A stretch of 64,000 bases of DNA from Octopus sinensis (taxonomy: Eukaryota): positions 155,496,001 to 155,560,000 of the forward strand of contig NC_042999.1 of NCBI RefSeq assembly GCF_006345805.1. Direction: 5' to 3'. Below are positions 53,585 to 64,000 of the stretch, in pieces; positions within the stretch are counted from its first letter, which is position 1, and every line of letters begins with the position of its first letter. The notes under the pieces are model-generated. The model saw only the letters and a program-made list of their open reading frames with translations, did no database searches and had not been told where the DNA came from. The position numbers were made by a program, and so were the translations under genes.

Positions 53585-54314
53585 TAGATCGGAACATACC
53601 ATCTGCATGGTTACATGCTTACAATCTGTGTGTGTGTTTGTGTGCATATGTATTACACATACACACACGTTTGAACCGTGGAAAACACGAACCATCGACA
53701 AATCTGCACACAAGGTGCGGAGAATTAGGAAGATGATCTGAATGAACGGGTGCGTCCATAGGATTTTACGCACGAATGCATACACACACACACACACACA
53801 CAGAGGATATATATATAGACACATGTTGACACTTACAGCCAAAGTACCCTTTTTTATAAATACACTTGCATGTGTGTATGTATATATATATATATATGTA
53901 TGTACACACACACACACACAAACACACCACCACACACACACACACACACATGCACACACACACATGTACATCAATGGTTTGTTGAACCTGCAGAAAGGAG
54001 AAGTGCCCACGACCATCGCAGTCTTTCCGAAGCTGGTGAGTTTATGCTGTTAACATTCCATTTAATCTGTTGTAACTCGACACCTGCAGGAAAGACGTAA
54101 GCAAGGAGGAGGTGACATACCTACACAAGTTTCCCCCCACCCTCCGACTTGCCAGGTGATCAATAAGTAACTGAATTACTTATTGGTTGATTCCACAAAA
54201 ATGGATATTTTTTTAGTGAAATTTTCTACAAATATACTTCAGGTGGTGTGGATTCCAATAATATCAGAATTTATAGTTAAAAATCACTCTCGGTGACTAA
54301 ATCTCTCCTTTATA

Positions 54315-54478
54315 GGTGCAGGAGCAGCTGTGTGGTAAGAAGCTTGCTTCCTAACCACAGGGTTCCAGGTTCAGTCCCACAGCGTGGCATCTTGGGCAAG
54401 TTTCTTCTACTGTAGCCTCGGGCTGACCGAAGCTTGTGAGTGGGATTTGGTAGACAGAAACTGAAAGAAGCCTGCCAT

Positions 54479-54513
<35 letters not shown>

Positions 54514-54715
54514 TAATATATATATACACAAAAACAATTGCAGCGTGGGAGGTGTTTATAAGCCATTTAAGAAACACACAAAAGCCGTTCGATTCGGCTT
54601 TTGTGTGTTTCTTAAATGGCTTATAAACACCTCCACGCTGCAATTGTTTTCGTTTCAGCACACGATCTCAGATCAAATACTTGCTATGTGAGTACATCTC
54701 CCCTATACATATATA

Positions 54716-54760
<45 letters not shown>

Positions 54761-55084
54761 CACATATATGTATGTATGCATGTATGTATGTATGATGTAT
54801 GTATGTATGTATGTATGTATGTATATATGTATGAATGTATGTATGTATATATGTATGTGTATGTATTGGGTGTCTGTATTTGTCCCCCCCCCACCATCAT
54901 TTAGCAACCAATGTTGATGTGTTTACATCCCTGTAACTTAGCGGTTCCGATTCAACAAAAGAGACTGATAGAATAAGTAGTAGGCTTACAAAAAATAAGT
55001 CCTGAGGTTGATTTGTTTGACTAAAGGTGGTGTTCCAGCATGGCCTCAGTCAAATGACTGAAACAAATAAAAGAATAAAAGAAG
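54315..55084 (+). mobile_element. SINE family A expanded by a fold-back insertion in its internal microsatellite
   Basis: 5' module 54315-54478, (TA)n, hairpin 54531-54650, (TA)n/(TATG)n, 3' module 54865-55084. Confidence 0.85.
54531..54650. repeat. Near-perfect hairpin, 56-57-bp arms, 7-nt loop
   Basis: AAAACAATTGCAGCG...CAAAAGCCG-TTCGATT-CGGCTTTTG...CGCTGCAATTGTTTT with a single indel; abuts (TA)n inside a SINE. Confidence 0.93.
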
Positions 55085-55670
55085 ATCAGTGATGTAGCCA
55101 GAATGCATGCCAACCGAGATGGCCCTTAATTTTGCCATCCCCAGAACTGGCACAACCACCTACCCTCGTTCCCACTGGCTACAACTTCAGGCACAGACTT
55201 TTATGTTCTGAGTTCAAAATTTCACCAACGTCAACTTTGCCTTTAATCATTTCTGGATCGATAACATTTTTGGAGCAGTGTGGAAATGGTGTGTTTTACT
55301 CAAGGGTACAAATGCAACATCCAGTTCAGGAATCGAACCCACAATTTTACGATCATAAGTACAGCACCCTAAGTATTAAGCCTCCATGCACATATAATTA
55401 CTTATACATACACACACATAATTATGTAAATGTACACACACATACAACCATAATTATGTATGTGAGTGTGTGCATGTTTGTGTGTTCACATACACATCAT
55501 CATCATCATCATCCTCATTTAACGTCCGCTTTCCATGCTAGCATGGGTTGGACGGTTCAACTGGAGTCTGGGGAGCCCGAAGGCTGCACCAGGCCAGTCA
55601 GATCTGGCAGTGTTTCTACAGCTGGATGCCCTTCCTAACGCCAACCACTCCGAGAGTGTAGTGGGTGATT

Positions 55671-56430
55671 TTATGTGCCACCGACACAGGTGCCAGACGA
55701 AGCTGGCGAACGGCCACGCTCGGATGGTGTTTTTTATGTGCCACCGACACAGGTGCCAGACGAGGCTGGCAGACGGCCACGCTCGGATGGTGTTTTTATG
55801 TGCCACCGACACAAGTGCCAGATGAGGCTGGCGAACGGCCACGCTCGGATGGTGTTTTTTATGTGCCACCGACACAGGTGCCAGACGAGGCTGGCAGACG
55901 GCCACGCTCGGATGGTGTTTTTATGTGCCACCGACACAAGTGCCAGATGAGGCTGGCGAACGGCCACGCTCGGATGGTGTTTTTTTTTATGTGCCACCGA
56001 CACAGGTGCAGACGAGGATGGCAGCTACGGCCACGCTCGGATGGTGTTTTTATGTGCCACCGACACAAGTGCCAGATTGAGGCTGGCGAACGGCCACGCT
56101 TCGGATGGTGTTGTTTATGTGCCACCGACAACAGGTGCCAGACGAGGCTGGCAGACGGCCACGCTTCGGATGGTGTTTTTATGTGCCACCGACACAAGTG
56201 CCAGATGAGGCTGGCGAACGGGGCCACGCTCGGATGTGTTTTTTATGTGCCACCGACACAGGGCCAGACTAGTCTGGCAGACGGCCCACGATGGGATGGT
56301 TGTTTTTATGTGCCACCAACACAGTGCCAGATGAGGCTGGCGAACGGCCACGATCGGATGGTGTTTTGTACGTGCCCACAGCACGGAGGCCAGTCGATGT
56401 GGTACTGGCTACGGCCACGTTCGGATGGTT
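55671..56430. repeat. Minisatellite/VNTR, ~12 units of 61-62 bp inside the RTE 3' UTR
   Basis: Unit TTTTTATGTGCCACCGACACA(G/A)GTGCCAGA(C/T)GAGGCTGGC(AG/GA)ACGGCCACGCTCGGATGGTG repeated head to tail. Confidence 0.95.
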
Positions 56431-56509
56431 TTCTTGTGTGCCACCGGCACTGGTACCACAAAGATACAAATTCCATTGATGTTCATCTATTTTGATTTGG
56501 TTTGATTTT

Positions 56510-56608
56510 CACTTGCCTCAACAGGTCTTCACAACTGTCACACACTTGCCTCAACAGGTCTTCACAAGTGTCACATACTTGCCTCAACAGGTCTTCACAA
56601 GTGTCATA
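56510..56608. repeat. 33-bp tandem repeat x3
   Basis: CACTTGCCTCAACAGGTCTTCACAAGTGTCACA repeated three times with few changes. Confidence 0.9.
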
Positions 56609-56925
56609 AGAAGGAAGGTATGCACAGGTGGACTGACTACGTCCCAGGTAGGGGCCACGGGTTATGGCCTGACTAGTCTTGCCGGGTCTTTGGATGGTGT
56701 TTTTATGTGCCACCAACACAGGTGCCAGATGAGGCTGGCGAAAGGCCACGATCGGATGGTGTTTGTTACGTGCCCACAGCACGGAGGCCAGTCGATGTGG
56801 TACTGGCTACCGCCACGTTCGGATGGTTTTCTTGTGTGCCACCGGCATTGGTACCAAAGATACAAATTTCATTGATGTTCATCTATTGATTTGTTTTGAT
56901 TTGATTTGATTTGATTGATTATTAT

Positions 56926-56956
<31 letters not shown>

Positions 56957-57229
56957 CATACACACACATGCATATATATATATACATATAGATATACAAA
57001 CACACATACATATATATATATACATACATATATATATACATACATATATAGATACATACATGTATATATATACATAAATACACATATATGCACATTTTAC
57101 ACATACATGTACATACATACTTACATACGCGCATACATACATACATACATACATACATACATACTTACATACATACATACATACATACATACATTCATAC
57201 ATACATACATACATACATATATACATACA

Positions 57230-57613
57230 CTAGCAGTATCGCCCGGCGTTGCTCGGGTGTAAGGGAAATAACTATATAAGCATTTTTAGAGAGTTATAGC
57301 CAAAAAATAGCAAAAAAATGCTTGAAAAAAAATTAAGGTAAATTTTTTTTTAAATCGTTGACACATCGTAGATATTTTTAGAGAGTTACTTCCTTATATA
57401 AAAGCGAAAAAAATGCATTAAAATGGAAAAATATGATGGTAAATTTTTTTTAAATCGTAGACTCATTGTAGACGCGCGCTAATACCCAGAAGGGCTCGAT
57501 ATGAATCACGACTATAAGATACCCGCTTTTGGTTAAACTGCACCGCAAAATGTGGGAGTAGTTAGGAATCTAAATCGTAGGAGACAGACACACAACTTCA
57601 CTCTATATAAAGA
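57230..57613 (-). mobile_element. Non-autonomous Helitron (copy 2)
   Basis: Reverse complement of the 15720-16114 element, with the same TC...CTAG termini, A|T insertion site and 3' hairpin. Confidence 0.85.
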
Positions 57614-58930
57614 TGCTTTTTTTTCAGTCATAGAGTTAGATTTATGAAGGTCTTCAGTAGAAAATCCTTCGAATTCTGACTCGCTGCTTGATATAATGAA
57701 ATTCGTATCCATTTTTGTCAGAATTACAAATTTTGAAAACACAATATAGGAACAAATTTCGGAAAAAAAATCTCCCATAATTCACGGAATTAAAATTACA
57801 CTTCGATTTTTGTACAAAACTGTAGTTGAAGTGTTTACGAAGTATATACGTATTTTCACGAATGTACTAAAGAGATTTGCTCTGATATTCTCATTTAAAT
57901 ATGAATAGGTAAATTCGGGCGGTTTGGTAACGAAAGGTTTTAACGGATGCATACATTTATTAATCTCTTATTATAATAACTATATATAAGTGTCGTCTGT
58001 TTATACATAAACACTGTTTCATACTGCAATTATATATACATATATCTATATATAATATTATATAATAAAATATATACAGAGTAAAATAAAAACCAATTTA
58101 CCTTTTCTGTATTGTTATAGCAATTCCACCGTCCGTGTGTCTTTGCAAATGTGTTGGAATGATAAGTGAGTGTGTTGGCGCCTTTTTTACTAATAACAAA
58201 CACACACGTGTTGTATGTAGTTGTTTGAAACGTTTGTGTTTGCCACTCTCATATATGTATGTGTATGCGTGTGTGTGAGGAATGACACACACACACTCAC
58301 GCACGCACACATGTACATCAATGCTTTCGGAGTGATATGTTAAAATATTGAGTTTTCTCGAATTTTGTCTTAATTGGTGGTAAAATTGAAAGAATTTTTT
58401 ATGTCATCACCCACTGAAGTACTATGAAAAATCATGGGTACACTCTAATTGAAGAAATTGTGTGAGGAGTAAATCGTTATGTATTTATTTGTTTCTGTTT
58501 GCTGTTTTTTTTTGAGTAGTGGTTAAGGTACACTCTCTCGTTTTATCGAATTAGTTTCACTTTAATCGCTGCAAACGTGCAAAGAGAAAGTCGCAGAAAT
58601 GAGTGATAGCGTGAGTGAATGAGATCGCTCCCTTTTTGTGTGTGTGCGTGTGCGTGTGGTTGTAAACCACATTAAGAAAAGCATTTGACATACACACCAG
58701 AATGTGAGTTTTCTGTAAATTTTGCTTAATTGGAGTTTAAATTTTAAAAACTGGACCTGGCATGACCCGATGCATTCTACTCTTAAAAATGCTAGGTAAA
58801 TTGTAATTGAAGAAATCCTATATTGTAGATTTCTATAAGTTACAAAGGGAGGCAGATAAAATCTGCCTTTTATAATAAGAGATACATACACACACACACA
58901 TATACATACATACATTCATACATACATACA

Positions 58931-58964
<34 letters not shown>

Positions 58965-59053
58965 CATACATACATACACACACACACACATACATACATA
59001 CATACATACATACATACATACATACATCCATCCATACACCATACATACATACA

Positions 59054-59087
<34 letters not shown>

Positions 59088-59315
59088 CATACATATGTAG
59101 GTGGGATATTGTAATAAACACCAGAATACATTCCGACACAAAGGGAGCATTAATTGTATACATTACAAAGCCTGCTGAGTTTGTACATACATTGTTACAT
59201 GTTTATGTACATATGTGAATATATGTGTACATGTGTGTTTATGTGAGTGCGCATGTGCATATGTGTAGTGTGTGTGTGGACATGTGCAGACAGACAGACA
59301 GATACACACATCATC

Positions 59316-59346
<31 letters not shown>

Positions 59347-59695
59347 GTTTAACGTCCAATTTCCATGCTAGCATGGGTTGGCCGATTTGACTGAAGGCTT
59401 AATAAATGAATTGCCCTCGGTTGCAGCAATGAGCCAGCAGTTGTCCAGTTAACAGAATTAGTTCATTTGTTGTTGCCGAAGATGACCAGTGGCATCACAT
59501 GGATGAAGAAGACAGAGCACAGAGTGTCTGGCTGTGACCAATCAGTCCGAGGCACACTCAGAAAGCTCTGCTGTAGGGCGGATACTGAGGGTTTGTTGGG
59601 ACTGAAGGCAAGGAGTTGGCTCTGAACATTTGTAATTTGCATTTTCTTTGTGCCCCTGCAATCTTGTTCTGTTTGTAGTATTAGTGAGATAACTG

Positions 59696-60045
59696 CAGGA
59701 GTATTGCTTCCGAACCACATGGTTCGGGGTTCAGTCCCACTGCATGTCACCTTGTGGCCGACCAAAGCCTTGTGAGTTGATTTGGTAGACGGAAACTGAA
59801 AGAAGCCTGTCGTATATATGTATATATATATATATGTATGTGTGTATCTGTGTTTGTCCCCCCACCATCGCTTGACACAGATGTTGGTTTGTTTATGTCC
59901 CCGTAACTTAGCAGTTCGGCAAAAGAGGCTGATAGTTTAAGTATTAAGCTCACAAAGAATAAGTGTTGGGGTCAATTTGTTTGACTAAAAGTGGTGCTCC
60001 AGCATGGCCGCAGTCAAATGACTGAAACAAGTAAAAGAATAAAAG
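59696..60045 (+). mobile_element. SINE family A (small internal deletion)
   Basis: Both modules recognisable. Confidence 0.85.
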
Positions 60046-60370
60046 AACATCGTGAAAGTCTAGGAATATTGGTTTCACATTTTGGCACAAGGCCAGCAAT
60101 TTCGAGAGAAGGGGTTAAATCAATTACATTGACCCCAGTGGTGACATTTAGTAGAGATGACTCGGAAGTTGTTCCTCTTCAATTACTATCGCAAACAGCA
60201 GTAGCTTTCTTCAACCGAATACAATTCGTTGATTGGTTGAAATTACCCAAAAACGACAACTTTAACATGCAATAACTTCTAAAATACAAAATTTGATCAA
60301 AAACGCTCAGAGTAAACTATCTTCTACGTGAGAAATTCTACCAGTGTTTGAAGTTTCAGACTGTTTCTCT

Positions 60371-60601
60371 TTTATTCTTTTACTTGTTTCAGTCATTTTG
60401 ACTGCGGCCATACTGGAGCACCGCATTTAGTCGAACAAATCAACCCCCAGACTTATTCTTTGGAAGCCTAGTACTTATTCTATCGGTCTCTTTTGTCGAA
60501 CTGCTAAGTTACGGGGACGTAAACACACCACCATCAGTTGTCAAGCGATGTTCAGGGGACAAACACAGGCACACAAATACATGCATATATATATATATAT
60601 A

Positions 60602-60669
<68 letters not shown>

Positions 60670-60832
60670 CATATATACGATGGGCTTCTTTCAGTTTCGT
60701 CTACCAAATCCACTCACAAGGTTGGTCGGCTTGAAGCTATAGTAGAAGACACTTGCCCAAGGTGCCACACAGTGGGACTGAACTCAGAACCATGTGGTTG
60801 GTAAGCAAGCTACTTACCACACAGCCACTCCT
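60371..60832 (-). mobile_element. SINE family A, full length
   Basis: Both modules with a long internal (TA)n. Confidence 0.9.
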
Positions 60833-62274
60833 AAAAAAAATTAATTTATAAATCTGCGATTAAGATGGAATAGATCCTTAACTGGTAATTATTTTATCGA
60901 TCTAGAAATAAGGAAAGGCAAAGTTGACCTCGGTGGAATTTTGAACTCAGATCATGAAACTGGACAGAATACTGCTAAACATTTTTCCTGGCGCACTAAC
61001 GATTCTGCTAACTCGCCGCCATGATGTTTTTGAAACAATAATGATGAACTGAGGAACTTGACAGTTCGAGTTTACAAGGAATCGTATAAAAAAAAAACTG
61101 GAAGAAGAACTTTTAGGAAGATAAAAACTAGAACGTAATCCTATTTTTATTAGTTGTTTAAAAAGAAAAGCTGTTAACCATATATACATGCCTGGGAAGA
61201 TGTGTTAGAGGGGGTATATACATATGTGTGTATATTCATGGACACATATACACATGCTTACATACACACACATACACACATGAAGACATATACATACGCA
61301 TACACATATACACATGCAAATGTACATATACATAGGCACGTAAACACACACATGTATAGACACATATCCACATACATACACATGAATACTCACATGCACT
61401 TATACACATGCATGTATAGACACACATATACATATGTGTACACATGCACACTCAGAAGCACTTATACACATGCATACATATACGTGTGCACACACACACA
61501 TGTATATACACACACACATGCACATTCACATGTATACATACATATATATATATATATATGTATATATATACATATATATATATACATGAACACACACACA
61601 CACAAAACACACATATACACACACTTGTATAAACAGGTATAAACGTACACACACTCATATAAACATGTCCATGTATACAGGTATAGACGCACACACACAC
61701 ACGTATACATGCACACACACATGCACGCACACACATGTACACACACATGTACACACACACACACCCATTCACTCACAAACACTTTTAGATCCTTCCGTAC
61801 ACACATATACATACACATACAATCACATACACTCTTAAACACACACACACACACACACACACCACACAGATGCTGAGTAGGACAGTAAAAGTGCCCAAAC
61901 AGTGTTTTTGCGTACAACTAGTTTTGTTGAATCAATAAATTAAAGTGTTTATACACATTGCTATACATATGTGTATAAACAGTGGTCCGTTCAACAAACA
62001 GACGGCAATTTTCTTTAACACCCACCCACCAGCCGACCCCTTCTTTTCCTACCTCAGATACCCGACTTTGGGTCTTTCCCAACTCCACTACCCTCATTTC
62101 AATCTTGAACATACAATACATTATCTCGGGTAATTCAAAACTATTTGTCTGGTTCAAATAAGGAACATTAGACAAGCCGATTGTACACTTAAATTCATGT
62201 ATGTACGCATGGAAAAATACATACATACATATATATATATTTATATATACACATACACACACACACATATGATG

Positions 62275-62348
<74 letters not shown>

Positions 62349-62689
62349 TGATTAGAAGCCGAAAGGGTATGCTCCCGACTTTCAGTGTTCCCAAATCCGA
62401 TTCAAGGAATTCTGGCTGAAGAAAGAAATGTCGAATTGACTAATCTAGAAAAGTACGTCTCAAATAACCTTGCACTTGATTTTTTAATGTTTTTTCCCCA
62501 TATTTTGTGAGTTGGTTTAGGCAACACTATCTGAGAGAGATCTTCTTTAAGTATTAGAAATAGCTGAAGAAATTTCTTTAGCTGCTATTTCTAATGAGTT
62601 CAGTATGTGGCAAAGTAATTTATTTTACTAAGCCCTTATATATAATGTATATGTATATATATATATATATACACACACATATATATATG

Positions 62690-62737
<48 letters not shown>

Positions 62738-62740
<3 letters not shown>

Positions 62741-64000
62741 TCATCATCATCATCATCGTTTAACGTCCGCTTTCCGCGCTAGCACGGGTTGGACGGTTCG
62801 ACCGGGTCTGGAAGCCAGGGGCCGCTCCAGGCTCCAGTCTGAATCTGGCAGAGTTTCTACGGCTGGATGCCCTTCCTAACGCCAACCACTCCGTGAGTGG
62901 ATTGGGTGCTTTTTACGTGCCACCTGCACAGAGGCCGGAGGGTCCGGCATCGTCACGATCGGTTCGAGCATTTTAACGTGTCAGCGGCACGGGGGGGCAA
63001 CGAGGTCGGGGGTACTTGGGGGATCGGGGTACTTTGGGGATCCAGGGTACTTTGGGGATCCGGGGTACTTAGAATGGGTAGGGGGTATGTGGAATTGCTG
63101 CAGAAAGCAGTCCGGGTCTTTGTAGTCACAGCATATCTCCAGAGATCTCGGTCCTTCGCCATTGCCTCAGTGAGGCCCAATGTTCTGAGGTCATGCTTGA
63201 CCACTTCATCCCATGTCTTCCTGGGTCTACCTCTCCCCCTGATACCTTCAACTGTTGGGAGTGGCACTTCTTCACACATCTCTCTTCATCCATCCGCAGC
63301 CATGACCATACCATCGCAAGCGTCGCTCTTGCACACCACATCTGATGCTTCTTATATCCAGCATTTCTCTCAGGATACTTACACTCTGTTTTGCGTGCAC
63401 ACTGACACTACACATCCCGCGGATCATGCTAGCTTCATTTCTTTCAAGTCTACGCATGTCTTCTGCAGTCACAGCCCATGTTTCATTACCATGAAGCATG
63501 GCAGTTCGCACACATGCATCATACAATCTACCTTTTGCTCTGAGGGAGAGACCTTTTGTTGCCAGTAGGGGTAGGAGCTTTCTGAACTTTGCCCAGGCTA
63601 TTCGTATTCTAGTGGTGATACTCTCTGTGCATCCACCTCCGCTACTAACTTGGTCACCCAGGTAGCGGAAACTATCAACTACTTCTAGTTTCTCTCCCTG
63701 GAGTGTGATGGAATCTGTTTTCTGAGTGTCTGTTGTGTCTATTGTCCCTGTGCATCTGCCGCACATGAAAGCTATCTTATCTGTTAATTTCCCTTTAATG
63801 TTGCTGCACCTCTTATGTGTCCATAACTTACATTGGGTGCATCTTATGGAGTTTCTACCTGTACCTTTCCTACAGGTTGAGCAGGGCCACCTACCGAGGG
63901 GATGTGTGCTGAGTACCTCTTGTTGCTTACTAATACTTTGGTCTTTGCTACATTTATTCTAAGGCCCTTTGATTCCAACCCTTGCTTCCACACCCGAAAT
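62738..64000 (-). mobile_element. RTE-clade LINE, 3' part (RT C-terminus, 3' UTR, (GAT)n tail); continues beyond the window
   Basis: GLRINVAKTKVL, Cys-rich insert CSTC..CTQC..HKRC..CGRC, FRYLGD, RLYDACVRTAMLHGNETW, RRLRWYGH, GRGRPRKTW, DRDLWRYAV. Frameshifts near 63895 and 63300; tail ...GCGGACGTTAAACGATGATGATG. Confidence 0.93.

Larger units (their letters stand above)
55497..56915 (-). mobile_element. 5'-truncated RTE copy consisting mostly of an expanded 3' UTR
   Basis: Same terminal ~170 bp and (GAT)n tail as 62738-62920. ORF end KTRQD* near 56670-56690; contains a 61-62-bp VNTR and a 33-bp x3 repeat; 56690-56915 duplicates 56290-56500. Confidence 0.8.

Noticed and set aside
55665-56495. 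276-aa ORF and a CRISPR-like appearance of the 61-bp array
   Set aside because: The ORF is the translated VNTR. Units are contiguous near-identical repeats with no unique spacers, the context is eukaryotic, and there are no cas genes.

Overview
Eukaryotic, AT-rich, repeat-saturated DNA with one 100-N gap (52402-52501). The repeat families, tRNA-derived SINEs and microsatellite load suggest an octopus or other coleoid cephalopod; this is inference, not a database match. No intact protein-coding gene could be identified, and most of the ORF track is translated microsatellite. Well-supported content: (1) a canonical tRNA-Leu(TAA) gene; (2) a full-length but disrupted Tc1-superfamily transposon with DD36E spacing (Incomer-like); (3) two decayed maT/DD37D-like mariners; (4) two copies of a non-autonomous Helitron; (5) nested MITEs; (6) several RTE LINE 3' fragments, one CR1/L2-type remnant, and an internally deleted R4/Dong-like LINE; (7) three tRNA-headed SINE families, one forming tandem arrays. 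The most interesting unexplained structures are: three fold-back hairpins anchored in (TA)n and a set of minimal hammerhead-ribozyme-like motifs (Penelope-like signature); an unclassified ~560-bp retroposon inserted into (TAA)n tracts next to the Dong-like remnant; and a hypervariable RTE 3' UTR with a higher-order VNTR. A few isolated exon candidates hint at a host gene but are unconfirmed.
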